In this document: positions 13,801 to 27,232 of the stretch, one piece after another | Layout of the letters: each line of letters begins with the position of its first letter | Position numbering within the stretch: the stretch's first letter is position 1 | NCBI GenBank assembly: GCA_964658305.1 | Contig: OZ210884.1 | Location: 4,464,001-4,528,000, forward strand | Reading direction: 5' to 3' | DNA from: Leptogorgia sarmentosa | Taxonomy: Eukaryota | Length of the DNA: 64,000 nt | Made by a program: the position numbers and the translations under genes | Notes under the pieces: model-generated | Told to the model about the DNA's origin: nothing | Databases searched by the model: none | What the model saw: the letters and a program-made list of their open reading frames with translations, nothing else

Positions 13801-15198
13801 TAATTAGGCTTAATTAAGGGACGTTTGTTAAAAGAGGGAAGCGGTCAGAAACAAGATATTGTTTTGCGCACGCATCTCCATGTGCTTCAAGAATCTCGAT
13901 CGGAATATTTTTACAAAAGCGTTTCATACGGATGCAAGATTGTGCTAATGTTTTATGCGTTGTGGTTGGGTAATTTGGTATTTATGGCGATCCCACATAA
14001 TTTATGATGCAAGCAATGTTCAGAATGCTAGCCCTAATAGTATAGTAAACACTAACCCTAACAGTAAACCTTCACCCTAACTATACCGTGCATGCTGTTG
14101 CTTTTTAAAGAACGGGACATAAACACAATATGCGCACTGAATCGCATTTTAATTATTATGTTGAGCTTGCGAATAAAAAAACGCGATATAAACGTGGTAA
14201 ACTTAATCGGTAATAATTTTCACTTCGTATGATCGTATCACGAAGGCTGTCACACGCGTGCTTTCTGATAGCAAAATACCGTAATTCTATGTACGATCTC
14301 ACGAGAACGGCGTTACTATACGTGTGTAAGCAAAGCCAGCCTTGAAAACAAGTAGATTATTACTGCATGCATGTTAATAAAATCGACATAATGTATTTTA
14401 ATTTTTTTCTTTTTTTATATTTCGAGGTTGCCGTATTTCACTGTGTCGATCAAGCTATGAAAGGCGGCAAAAGTATTTATGTTGACGCTTTCAAAGTCGC
14501 AAAGGAACTAAAACAAACTTTTCCTGAAGCTTTTGATGTTTTACAAACGTTCCGCGTAACATTTTCAGATGAAGGAACCGATCCTGAATATAGTGTTGGT
14601 TACTCCCATCCGATAATCAGGTATGATTAATAACATTTGTTTTGCAATATACGTGTAGCGCCAAATGAATCTACAATTAAAATTAAAACTAATATTAAAA
14701 CACTTTGAATTGAGCAGACAGCCTGATGTACCTTGTTTTCAGTAAATAACTCTTGCAATATGTTGTGACCAATCATATTTGAACCACTTTGTGATTAGTG
14801 AGCGTCAAATCAAGGGCATTTTGTTTTTCAGCACAAATGAACATGGTCGTTTAACTGATGTTCTGATCAGCAACATGGTGATGTCCAAACACTACAAAGA
14901 CAAAACTCCAGATGAAGTTTTAGAGTTCTACGAAGCCTTCCATCGACTCATGAAATTACTTTACGCTGCAGAGAACATCATCGACATTCACATGCAACCT
15001 GGTCAGATGGCTTTATATCAAAATACCAGGGTTTTGCACGGTAGAACAGCCATTGAATCTACGGGAATCGCTGCGAAGCGATGGCTTCAAATCTCCTATA
15101 TGGACAGAGATACGATTTTTTCAAGACTTCGCTTCCTTCATAAGAAACTCGGTCTTAAAACACCGTATCTGCATGAGCAATCCAATAATTTCTTTTGA
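10831..15198 (+). CDS. BBOX1-like: Gamma-butyrobetaine dioxygenase-like Fe(II)/2-oxoglutarate dioxygenase (BBOX1/TMLHE family), ~453 aa, intact
   Basis: join(10831..10957,12553..13117,13352..13460,14427..14620,14832..15198) = 1362 nt. Basic N-terminus resembling a mitochondrial presequence; N-terminal Zn site LRDSCQCPQC...WPDGH; HxD in ALYFHTDMPY; GGKSIYVDAF; NTRVLHGR and downstream Arg in KRWLQ. Orthology within the family not established. Confidence 0.9.
12270..12430. mobile_element. One end of a pogo/Tc1-like MITE
   Basis: Ends AGGTTCGACTG|TA, with repeated GGCCG(C/T)TTAATAGAG subterminal motifs; no mate found. Confidence 0.55.
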
Positions 15199-15830
15199 GT
15201 TAAGCCCTCCGTCCACTTCTGTTGGCAACGGTTTCTATCTTAGCATAAGTCTCCTTTCCCAGAAATTATTAAGGGGATATTGCGAGATACACATTTGAAT
15301 TATTTTATTTCTATGGATGAAGTCCGGCAGTTCATGGGAACACATGGTCTGGTTTTGCATAAACGGGGAAGGTACTAACGTCATTAACTGAAAATAGTAC
15401 TAGCGTGCAATTTGAAAATCTTACGGTCTCCAGATCTTCCGGAATTTTGGTATCATTTTTTGTTAGGTATATTTTGACCACATTATTTGCTGCTCGGGAG
15501 AACTGTGTTGGATGTTTTTCAATAAAAATACGCACACAATTTAAAATTGTCCGGACACATTTTCGTGCAGAAATTCACCTGAAATGTAAATTTCATCTAA
15601 AATTCATCTTGAATTTACTTGAATTGTAATATGGTTTCAGTTGGGGAGTGCTGACCTCCCCACTGGTCGCAAAAGATGATCCTCTAACTTTAACGCAAAC
15701 TTTTGAATTAGGAAAACTTGTTACTACAGCGGGAAAGAGCATCATAAATTTAGCACATTTGCGAAGTTTTACAAAAAATTGTAAGTGAAATTTGCGAACT
15801 TGTATGGTTTTCAATCAGGCGAGGAAAGGC

Positions 15831-16050
15831 TTAAATTATGAGCTCGAAATTTCTATGAAGTGATAGAGGACGGGCCCGAATCAACTATCATCTCGTAGAA
15901 ATCGAGAGCGAGTAATCTAATAATTTTAGTAGAATCAGACATCAATCATATATCACTTATATAGCGAGAAATAATAGATAGCGAGTAGAGTATAATATAA
16001 TCAAATTGCATCATTTGCAATAGTATACAAAATATATGATTCTACTAAAA
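15831..16050 (-). mobile_element. Hairpin-ended Crypton-like element, degraded copy of the 51875-52177 family
   Basis: Reverse complement matches the 51875-52177 element (GAATCAACTATCATCTCGTAGAAATCGAGAGCGAGTAATCTAAT); same IR pair TTAGTAGAATCA / TGATTCTACTAA. Confidence 0.7.
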
Positions 16051-16334
16051 TGGAATATTATATTACACTATAGCTATATGGGAAATGGAAGTTTTTGTTT
16101 CATATCATGTTACCATAATCATCGATCCAATAAACGATCGAAGTTTAACGACGCATTAATATAAATAGCAACAAATGCAGAATTGACTAGTTTGAATTTA
16201 TTCTATTATCATCGTCACATTAATGTATTCATCTTCGTAATTCACTGGTCCTGCATTAATTCATTGTTCAGTATATACGTGCAATGTGTGAAGGAATTAA
16301 ATTCATTTTGGTAAAAGTTCCAAGATTATAAATC

Positions 16335-19300
16335 TCAAGCAACAATGGCTGGTCTTTTCTGTCCAATAAATTGATATTCTGTTTCGTACATGTTGGGAAC
16401 GGAAAATATTTCTTCACCTCCAGCTTCTGAAACATAACGGGAAAAGAGATGAATACCAATTATACCATTATAATTTATGATTTTATTATTATTATTGTAA
16501 CGTATTTTAGTATTATTTCATTGGTTGACAATGGTTTTCAAGAATTTTGATTGGTTGCCTGACTAGTTGATTTTGGGCATTATTTACTATACGATCTTTC
16601 ATGATGCTTTCCAAATGTGAAATATATTCATATGCAATGTTCTTCGTACGTATTCACCGATATCCATATCGGCTTTGATAAAATAATTGTTATGTGGAAA
16701 CCGCGACCTCCAATTAATTAGTGTTATACAATTAATTAGTAGGCCTAGTTTCCCTGGTTTTGTATGGTTGCGGGTTGTGGGCTGATATTTGTTACTGTTT
16801 GTAAAAACTAGGTATAAATGTGAAATGTCACCAATCATTCACTTTCATTCATTCTATACGGATAATAAAAAGCTTTCCTCAAGTAATATTTTAAAAGTTA
16901 TGGTCACTGACCTCGTCTGTGTAACGGTCTGGCCACTGGACATTCAAACATTTGCGCTTTCTTGTATTCTGGTGGATCAGTGAAGTTGGAACGAACCTCG
17001 GTTGTAAGACCACTAGGAGAAAAATATTGCATTGTAAGGAATAATTATCCCAATAATTATATAGGTGGATTTCACTTATCAATAATTTTATACATGATGG
17101 GAACGCTTGGTGGTCAACATTATGCGCATAAATTATGTAGGTATAAATATATGCATAATTGACATAATTCTGCTCTCGGCAAAAAAAAATCTTAGCTTAC
17201 CTGTGTGGAACAGGTTTCAATGGTTTCGGTAAACGAGGGATAGTTGTTGCGGTAGGGAATACAGTCTCGTCCCTCATTGGTCGATCTGATCTGGGAAAAG
17301 AATGTGGAGGTAGCGGATTTTCCTTCGAACCATGACCCCAAGCCTTCGGATAATCGTCGCATTCCCAGAATGTGGAGCTGTCCTTTTTTGCATATTCGCC
17401 TAGCTCCTGACTGAAGAGGAGAGAGAGGACTATTTAGACAACAGCAAAAATTTGACATACTGACAGAAGCGAAAAAAGCTCAGTAAAACATATCTAATAT
17501 TAATAATGGTTGGTAGAACTCATTATGTTCAACAAAGACACTGTACATTTGTAAACAAACAGTTTAAATAATTCACATCAGTAAACAAACAGTTGAAATA
17601 TGATCATCATGGGATATAAAGATCGGTCAAACTTGAATGAATAATTTGAACATATAGTTACACATTCATAACAATCTATAGCCATTCGGAATTCAAGCAC
17701 TACTCTACGGTTACCAGACTTCGTATTGCTGCTTGGAATTAATTACACTTGAATAACATATTCTTCTATGCGCATAGCTAATACTAAAGGTTTTCAAAGT
17801 CAAAAACTCTAGGTGCCCAAAACGATCACGAATTTCTTGCTTCGTAGTTGAATATTGCAGTGTTACTTTCGAATGAATTATGCTCATAGGCAAATTGTAT
17901 TTAAAACGTTAGAAAACAGGACCCATATGTATCAATTCGAAGGGATTCAATGTCGCTTTCATTATGCCTTGCACGCTTAAAGTTGAAGGTTTAAAGTGTA
18001 AACTTCATGCTTTGCATATTAAAAGCAAAAAAAACGAATGTGACATCTTACTTGTTAAAACGTCTATGATCACGTTGTGTGGTTGTCAAGTACATGTCTC
18101 CATGATATGATAAGACACCACGATCTTTTGGGTAATATATCCGACCAGAAGCTTCTACATTTTGCGTTGATCGCACAAGATCCTGGAAGAGGGATATTAA
18201 TATAGATTGTCCACGATGAGGCAATGTGGATGATTTATGCATGAGATTGCGTTCATGCACTCTTAGTTGCGCTAGAATAAGACCGTTAAAATCATGTATT
18301 GGGGTTTTGGAATTGGCCGCCATCTTGGTTGACAATTCAAAACACGTGCACAACAGAACAAGCATTAAACACGAACACTTTTTCAAAATGTCAATAATGC
18401 GTTGGGCATGGTTGTCAGTTTCAAAATACACCAATTCAAAAATGGTGAAATAGCTGAGTTTATCCAGTGTATAATAGCTGAAATTATAAACTTCGTAGTG
18501 TCAACCAAGATGACGCCCATTGGCTGTTGATTAAGTCATGCAAAACAAAGCATAATCGTAACATATACTAATTCGACCCGTCTAAAATCATGCACATGGA
18601 AGGCTGAAAGCAAACAAGCACGAGTTGTCTGCCTGTCCCAAGAAACCTCAAAAACATTGTTTGAATTAGAACGATCCTAGCACTACCTGAACGCTCAGAC
18701 AGGTAAAATTTTAAAAATATTTCTTTTTCATAAAGTTAAAATACAGCTTTAGGAAGTGCATGCTTTTGGCTTACGAGTGGAGTTTTTTAACACAATTTCG
18801 AGTCTTCCCAATTGCAACTAGTATTGATACAACATTGCATCAAAAGGGGGGAAAATTTCATGGGTTTTTTTATATATAGTAGCACAAAAAAACCCCTATA
18901 AGATTGGCGGGAAAATTTTCCGCACCGACATTGAGTTATAGTTATGTCAACAGGATACTGTACGTAGCCAACAACAAGAGTTAAAAAATTTCATGAAACT
19001 TCATCAAGTTTAGCCTGCATGAGTAGACAATATGACGTACTTTACTTGGGCCGTTATCATGATGATCATGTAATTTTGGAGGTTGAAATCTTTCGTTAAA
19101 ACGTGTCTCTAAAGTGACTTCGGGCTCCCCTCGGTACTTGTCTTTCATTTCGCTGCTTTGATTTCCCATGGTCAGCGGCCTTCTCCATGGCTTAACCTTC
19201 AACTGTACAATGAGAAAAGTTAAATTCAAAAGGTGGTAATGCAGTAGCTTCTTAAGAAGTGATAAATTCTTGGTAAAAGTGTAGGGATCAATCAAGAGAT

Positions 19301-20895
19301 GCGAATGCGATAAAAGTCAGGAATTTTTATGACCCGCTTAATAATCCCATTCACGTTCGTACTGCAGTGCACAAATCGATCAGAATCAAAATAAATTATT
19401 TGACAAATAATCCTGACGGCCATGTGTGCTTGTATAACCGACAGTTTGTTAACCATTCGGAAAGTTTAAAAGCGTGTAGAACCAGTGATATATAAAAATG
19501 AAGTAATTATAAATATTCAAGAAGCGGGAAAGAGGTACCAGGCTATTTGGCGTGTTTTTAAATATAAGCCTCTGTTTTAGTTACCTTGTTTGAATTGACA
19601 ACAGTCATGCAAGTCACTTTTTTCAGAATTACTTGATTGAAGGAATTTGCTTTGTCGCGCTGCCTTCGTACAATGCTTATTATTAAGGTCGTCCTCTCCA
19701 AGAGGACTACGCTGCTAACCTGGACAATATCTGCGACAAACCAACCAACTTACCGTTGAAATGGCATCTTCAACATACTGCACTTTCGCGGAACTTGGAG
19801 CTTTCTTATACACTGGTTGAGTCAACGGAGTCTCGTGAAACTTGCGGTCATGCGTCGATCCAGTCGTTGTCACATATGGCGAAGGTTGATATAATCCTTT
19901 CGAAACAGAGGGTGGTAATGGCGCTAATGTTGATCGCTGAAAAAGAGAAGGTTTTTATTATGGTGATCTGAGCGAACCGATCGCGTTTTGAGAAATTGTG
20001 AATTCAACTTGAATGAATGTGTGACAGCAATTGTGTGATTAAAAAATTCCGGACGAAAGGTCTTAGCTACATTACATAGGAATAGGGAACTTCCTTATAA
20101 GGGAACGTAGTGAGCGAACTGTCTAATGCAGTAATGCTGTGATTTTATGCACCAAATGGAGCTAGCTTGTAGCCACTCATGTAATAAATTCAGATAGGCC
20201 TGGGCTAGAATGTAGGTGCTTGCCTGAAATTCTATATGGGAGCGCTATTAACCGTCGCATAATGAATAAATTCTTGCTAGTGAATAAACTGATTTAGGAC
20301 TATGTACTTAAGGCAGTTATTATTTCATTCTTCATAGTATATGTTATATGTTCAGGAGCAGCGGGCAAGAACAGGATAAAGAAATGTAGGCAGCATTGGA
20401 TATTCAGTTGTGATTTCTAACACAGCGGGGAAACACAATATTATTTTACATTGGTTCAATATGCAACCATTAGCTAGTGCTGATAAAGGATAAATACACG
20501 TGTTTTTCCCTGGTCCCCACACGAATTCCCGACGAAGAGACGTCGAATCGGTTTGTATATGTTGGTGATAACCTTATACAAGGACCTGATTTATCAGCAT
20601 CAATATACTATATATAGAATACTGTCACGATTGAACTTCATATTCAAGGCTACATGAACTATAGCCCCTTGAACATCGATAACTTAGCTTGATTTCATAT
20701 TTTGACCAAATGTACAGGAACCGTAAACAGCACAGAAATTCAACGTAGAATCGATGGCGTTTATAGATTGTGTACATGAAGCGAAGACACGATTATATAC
20801 TGTACCTTGAAATTGCTAGCAGGAAATTCGAATGGTTCTTGGTAGAAATGTGCCTTTGCTGTGGATGTCTCATCGTTTCGCTGGACAGATCTCAT
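16335..20895 (-). CDS. SAXO3: SAXO3-like ciliary microtubule-stabilising protein, ~322 aa
   Basis: complement(join(16335..16426,16912..17012,17201..17410,18052..18182,19041..19202,19754..19936,20806..20895)) = 969 nt, all GT-AG and in phase. Mn-like motifs (YVTTTGSTH, MYLTTTQRDH, TTEVRSNF, YETEY); C-terminus IPRLPKPLKPVPHSG...FECPV...IFSVPNMYETEYQFIGQKRPAIVA* resembles vertebrate SAXO3 as I recall it. Gene model more certain than the name. Confidence 0.75.
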
Positions 20896-21011
20896 ATTGA
20901 ATACAAAAATGTAGTTAAACCGTTGACGGTTTTATCCTAATCAATGCAGTACGTCTTCTCTGTAAGCTTTTAATGTGCGTATAATGTTGTGGTTTCGAAG
21001 GCTGCGTGTTT

Positions 21012-21049
21012 TGTTTACATGAATGTAATTAAAACGTTGTCATGGAAAC
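21012..21049. promoter_or_regulatory. RFX X-box plus forkhead (FOXJ1-type) site upstream of the SAXO3-like gene
   Basis: GTTGTCATGGAAAC at 21036-21049 fits the X-box consensus; TGTTTAC at 21012-21018; 117-154 nt upstream of the predicted ATG. Confidence 0.7.
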
Positions 21050-24031
21050 GTCGATTTGAATTCCTTCCACTGAGCTATAATAATTGCGCATGGCCTGAAA
21101 GCCTGGGGACGAAAGTGGGAATTTTGGTATTCTTTAGGAAATCTCGGGATATATAGGGAGTTTAATTGGGATTTTTACCAAGTGAAATAAGCATCGCGTA
21201 AGTGTTAAATTAAGGAGTTGCGTACAAACATATTATACAAGGTGAATATGTACGATGCTCTAGCAATCATGTACATGAAAATCAAACGAATCATCGATCA
21301 TTTTCCAATCCTTTCCTTCTATCAAAATCCTTTAATACACTTGCAATGGCCGAAATTAGGGTTATATTTTCATGTTACACACACTAATTCATTTCTATCA
21401 CATCCTAACCATAACATTTATTTCAAATTTTCAACGCTAATGCCTAACCCTTCCCTGTCTCTCTATTAGCATTAAAAAGGGGGTAATTGGAGTAGCCAAT
21501 GGAAGTGAGATTATGTAGGTGAACAATTTAATTCAATATTGCTAGAAATGGCTATATTGCTCATCAGTCTTGATATGGTGACATATGCCCTTGATATGGT
21601 GAGTCGACTTGTACATTACAATATAATTGCATTGCCTCATGGTTTGGAAGAAAAATTGCGCATTGTGACATTAAGAGCTTATATCAGACAACTATTCAAA
21701 CCAAATGGATAATAAAGTGACTCTTAATAAAATAGCCTCTCAAGAGGCTTGTCTCTCGCTGGTCTTTGAGTCTCGGATAGTCTTTGAGGTTTACAAAGAA
21801 CTCTTTGTTATAATATGTTTATACATACTTGTATTTGAATGTATTATCTGACACACGTGCAGTATTGAACGATCGCAAGCCATTCGCCGAGTATTAATAA
21901 TTTGAAAACAATTCTCGGCAGAAACTAAAAACCCGTTCCTCAAAACGTTGAAGTTTATCGTACTCTCTGCAGAGCGGATCGAATTTTTGCTGCTTCTTAT
22001 GTTGTTATCGTATATCCGCTACCATGTCAGGCAACACCAAGGACTATTGAACTAAACTTGTTTGCCTTAGTTTGTATTTGTCAAATATCAAGTTGACGGA
22101 AATATATAGATATTGTATCGTCGTTCAGTTTCTGCGACGAGATACAGTATTCAAGGATACATTCAAAATGAATAGAATACATAAATTATACATTCATATT
22201 TGAATAAGACAAACGCATGCAACTTGGCACAAATAAATATGTTGTGTTAATTTTTCAAAAGAAACAGGCACGCATGACTGAATATCTTTGAGCCTTTTCC
22301 TTTTTTTATTTTAATAAATTCCAAGCAACAAATGAAATGTTAAAGGCTAACAAATTCGCCTTTGAACACATGAATTTGTCAAAATATAAATTTGAAGAAA
22401 GTTCCGATAATAAACCAAGTATATTATTGAAAAAATTAAATTTGTCAAAAATTTGTCAAAAAAATTTGGCTCCTATCAAAGGACCTTTCAGTGATATAAT
22501 GATGATAACAATCTCATTAACACATTGTTTAAATTTTCCGTATAAGACATATTCACGTCATAATCGTTAAAATCACGAATCGCCTAGATCATCGAATTTA
22601 AAAGCATATAACTTGGTTGGAAGAGTGTTCAAACGTGAAAATACATAGAGTAAATTTGCATTGACTTGTATAGCTAATATTCAGCCGCCACCAACAGAAA
22701 TTTTGACGCTTCTGTATAGCTATATAGCTAATTTCCGCATCGTGTGTCCATTGGATTCAACTTAGATTCACACAAAGAAAGGTTCGTGGCATAGGTTTGT
22801 ATAAATTATATTTAGTTAGAATCTTCAAAGTGGTTAAATAGCTTCTTTATACCAAATTTCAACAACGGTATAGTCTCGCGAACTTCATCCCAAGAAAATA
22901 TCTCTCGTAATTGCTTTTGCCTTGGCAAAAGTGACATTTTTAGAGTTATATTATTATCATACATTTCATAGGCTACAGTAGTTTTGTAAATATCAAATAT
23001 GAATACACTCCAGTTCCGGCAGTTCGGCTAACAATTCAGTATATCATTAAAATTAAAGGATTAATTTGAACAGTTTTCTTGTTTAAAATATTAAATTCAA
23101 AAAAAAATTGTGTGCAAAATTATAGTAGCTATGATTTTATATAATTGCTTTTTGAATTTTTGAAGTGCTGACAATAAAAATATTTATGATACGTATATAG
23201 AGAACGCTCATGATCAATGGATATATTGCATTTGTTGGCCTTGGAGGTGCATAAGATTAACCAAGCTATATAGATCACAAGATTTTTAAAGAGAATTCTT
23301 AATTACAATATAGGATACTGAAGACATACGAAGAGAGTATAGCTAGCTAAATTATTATTATTATACTAAAATGACCAGCTACTTTCAACATCGCTCATAC
23401 TCAGTTTATTAGTATTAATAATAATGCTCGATGTAGGCGTTCCTCTTCTCGTTACCTATATTATAATATATATAACGGGTCTTGGGGATATTTTCTCCCA
23501 TGTTTCATTTTCCACTCAAACCCTATATAAAATCACGAGAATGCAGCATGCAAGATAGCAGGTCAGCTTCATTTTCGGAAAACATCCATAGTCTCGGAAG
23601 GCAGAGAATTGAAATTGAAAAAATACTAAAGCGATTTTATTTTAGTTTATGAAAGAACAATAGCGCCTGCATAAAATATACAGCCCACTATCATGGGACT
23701 ATTTCCAAACTTTTTTTACTAGCTCATGATCATTGCTTTCCACTCATACATTGCGTTACTATAGTTTTGTTCCCTCTGAAGCCTTTTTGAGAACGACTTA
23801 AGTTAGTTTGCAACTAGCTATATGAACTGAACGCGAAAGAGATATTTTTACTCGCATATTGGTTTCATTGATTCAGCCATACCTCTTCTCAAAGCCGATT
23901 TTTAAATGTCGACACAAGGCCGAAAAATTATATTATCCACAATAGCGTGGCTTTGTGAGTTTGAGGATGCCGTCTGAAGTAAGGGATACGTTAAGCTGAT
24001 GTTATACGGAATGATCACTGAGCTAAAGAAA

Positions 24032-24689
24032 TACTGGAGAGAGTGCACGGCATCAAAAAGTGAAGCCAAAATTATGGCGTGGATTCATGCTTGCCACGCC
24101 AGATCCACGCCACTGGTTCCTAATTTTCATTGGAGCACCACTGACCACAACTAACTTTGAGCCCACTAAAGACTTGTTTTGGCCAAAATATTTTGGTTTT
24201 TGCAAAGGATTTTTCGGTTTTTCGTTCTTTTTTGACATTCTGATATCATTTGCTGCCTTCAAGACGACTGAAGAAGTGGCGACATCCATTCTAGCTAGTT
24301 AAAAATTAAGCGACACAGATATTCAGAGCTCGAAAATCTCATTTGAAACTTGAAAGGTAGTCTTTTTAGAAAATATTTTATTCAATTTTTTGCATAAAAA
24401 AGGGATTACATTTACCTTTTTGGTTGAAAAAACTCTGCTTTTTTATAAGGATTGTGAAACCGTTTCAGCCGTGCAAAAATTCGGCCTTTTCGTCTTGATT
24501 TTTTCAATATAAAAACAAAATTTCGGCTTCTTTTTACAAAAACATCGTCGGTCGGAAACATGAGACCGCTGTTGGTCAGTGGAAATTATGTGAGAAATAG
24601 GAACCAGTGGCGTCAGCAAACGGTAAAATCCGCCATGTTTTTGGCTTCACTCCTTTGTATGAAAAAAGTCGAGTGCACTCTCTCCAGTA
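24032..24689. mobile_element. Non-autonomous TIR DNA element, superfamily unassigned
   Basis: Perfect 17-bp TIR TACTGGAGAGAGTGCAC / GTGCACTCTCTCCAGTA plus subterminal inverted blocks (GTGAAGCCAAAA, ACGCCACTGGTTCCTA); related end fragment at ~57470-57561. Confidence 0.8.
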
Positions 24690-25543
24690 ATATTATATCT
24701 CAGTGGGAATGATTTTTAACGATAATTCGCACCGCAACCGGACTGCCAAGCCAATCGTCTTTTCCATCTGATTTGAGGACACCGTGTTCTTTCCATATCC
24801 ACCTAATATATTTTGATTGAAGAGTAACTTCTTTTAGATTGATCTCTCTAAAGTTCAATCACACGTAGGGTTGATTTTCAATAGAAAACGTTGGTCTGTT
24901 TAAGCAATCCCGAAGAGACTGTTCTTACGGAGAAATAGGTTGTTTGAATTAAGAGTGGTCAACAATTCGAACAAAATGGTTAGGAAACTCGCGATGGGCA
25001 GACAGTATTGCATACCTTGAAGCAGTTCTGATGAACGGCTATGAGCATGTAGAAGTTCAAATAATTGTTTCATGCTTTACATTATGGATGGAACAGATTG
25101 TATGTTTGTTTAGATTTGACTTGAATTAACCACAACTCTAAATATGTTTTAGTTCTTAAAACTAGCTGGAACATGTACAAACGAATCAGATAAAATAATT
25201 TTTGTGAAAGTCACCGCATATATAAACAATCATATTACCTAATTTTAGAGCAAATATCATCATTGTTTAAAATCATCCAGTGTAACAACAGCTTTAGGCC
25301 ATTAGTGCTGGAATTTCTCAATTAAAAACGCACATATGCATGTTTTAGCGCATTTTCATCGATAATCGTTTTAACAACGTAGCGACACACTGAATATTTT
25401 GATGGAAGATAACGTTGCTACGTAGGGGTGTCAGAACAGATTGCGAGTCACACGGACACAACTTAAACTTGCCAAATGCAAATACAACTGCAAGTATTGA
25501 CAAAATGTATAAACTTAAAATTTAAAAATGTTTTACACGGTAA

Positions 25544-26148
25544 AGGTTTCAAAACGCTCAGGTTTCAAATCGCTCAGGTTTCAAAACGCTCAGGTTTCAA
25601 ATCGCTCAGGTTTCAAAACGCTCAGGTTTCAAATCGCTCAGGTTTCAAAACGCTCAGGTTTCAAAACGCTCAGGTTTCAAATCGCTCAGGTTTCAAAACG
25701 CTCAGGTTTCAAATCGCTCAGGCTTCAAAACGCTCAGGTTTCAAATCGCTCAAGTTTCAAAACGCTCAGGTTTCAAATCGCTCAGGTTTCAAAACGCTCA
25801 GGTTTCAAATCGCTCAGGTTTCAAATCGCTCAGGTTTCAAAACGCTCAGGTTTCAAAACGCTCAGGTTTCAAATCGCTCAGGTTTCAAAACGCTCAGGTT
25901 TCAAATCGCTCAGCTTTCAAACCGCTCAGGTTTCCAAACGCTTAGGTTTCAAATCGCTCAAGTTTCAAATCGCTCAGGTTTCAAAACGCTCAGGTTTCAA
26001 AACGCTCAGGTTTCAAATCGCTCAGGTTTCAAAACGCTCAGGTTTCAAAACGCTCAGGTTTCAAAACGCTCAGGTTTCAAATCGCTTAGGTTTCCAAACG
26101 CTCAGGTTTCGAAACACTTAGGTTTCAAATGGCTCAAGTTTCAAAACG
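25544..26148. repeat. 16-bp minisatellite, ~38 copies
   Basis: Unit AGGTTTCAAA(A/T)CGCTC; two variants alternate irregularly; degenerate at the 3' end. Confidence 0.95.
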
Positions 26149-26480
26149 GGGCGGGGGGCTGGGGGGGGGGAGGGCTGCTGCCCCCCCAATTTTTTAAGAA
26201 TCGATCTATTCGGGCAAAAATTGTCTTGTCATTCGGGCAGCGACGGTCTGGTGATTAGATGTATTGATACATAAAGTGGAACAGAAATATATTAATCCAA
26301 CAAGTCCAACTTATAGACGACATATTTCTTTTTATATCAATCTTCAAAAGAAACAATTTCATTTATAGTATTCTCAGGTTGCATAGTATCATGATGACGT
26401 CACGAAATCTAAGACGTCACTTAATTCGTGCAAAAAAAAGCCTAGCCCCCCCCCCCAAAAAAAATGCCCGTACGCCTATG
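26148..26480. mobile_element. hAT-like MITE with truncated left end, abutting the minisatellite
   Basis: Right end GCCCGTACGCCTATG preceded by a C-run; G-run at left, but the expected CATAGGCGT terminus is missing. Confidence 0.55.
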
Positions 26481-26673
26481 AAGCCGTTAATTTGGTAACG
26501 CCTTTCCTGGCGTAAGTGGAATTAGTATATAACCAGGTTATAGAGGTCGAATCTAGGATATTTATAAGAGTGGTGGCTAGTAGTGACAAATCTTGGGTTT
26601 CTTTACTGCAATCTGTAGCAGCTTTACAGCGGTTTTTGAGAAACGTTTCAGTTTAATTATAGTGTATGTGTTA

Positions 26674-27006
26674 TAACTATCTTTATTATATAGACAAGCA
26701 CTATAATTATATGAGATATTCTGTAATCTGATTGGCTGAGCTACTCACTAGCTATTACTTCATATATAGTGAGTAGGACGAATTAATTATCTCACTCAAG
26801 TGAGCTTAAAACGAAATGGCTGAAAATGGCTGAGCGTTTCCCTCAAATGAATGATTTTAATAAATTTTATAATGTTCGCCTTTTGTCTATATAATAAAAC
26901 AATTATACCATTCGCTCTCGTCGTATATGGCTGATAGCCAACTCGGCTGCGCCTCGTCGGCTATCAGCTCATATACGACTCGAGCTCATGGTATAATTGT
27001 TAAATA
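26674..27006 (+). mobile_element. Hairpin-ended Crypton-like non-autonomous element
   Basis: TAACTA/TAAATA ends; IR TTATTATATAGACAA / TTGTCTATATAATAA; CTGATTGGCT; relic MAERFPQMND at 26826; hairpin 26898-27001 with TC/TC mismatches and GCTGCGC tip. Confidence 0.75.
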
Positions 27007-27232
27007 GCTACTTTGCGCACTCAATAAGCCGATGTACCTTTTTAGGAAAACAAAACCTTTAATTTTAGTCAATTATAGAAATGTTGTAAACAAACTCAAC
27101 AGTCACTAAAAAATTAAATCGAGTCAAATGGGGGGTGGCTACCCACCCAATCCACCCCCGCTAGACTCACCCCAGAACAGTTACGGCAAACAGTTTAAAG
27201 ACTGAAATAACCAGGAGCTAGATTTCTCCAAT

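Noticed and set aside
17192..17458. 88-aa ORF MSNFCCCL...
   Set aside because: Wrong frame over SAXO3-like exon 5; the spliced frame is QELGEYAKKD...
20525..20556. CCGACGAAGAGACGTCGAATC as a minimal hammerhead ribozyme
   Set aside because: Both core boxes (CTGANGA, GAAA) are mismatched and the flanking stems are not convincing.
24053..24302. Overlapping 78/80-aa ORFs as transposase remnants
   Set aside because: Inside a non-autonomous TIR element; no transposase motifs.
25476..26258. 260-aa and 197-aa ORFs; GTTTCAA repeats superficially CRISPR-like
   Set aside because: Translations of a stop-free 16-bp minisatellite; no unique spacers, no cas genes, eukaryotic context.
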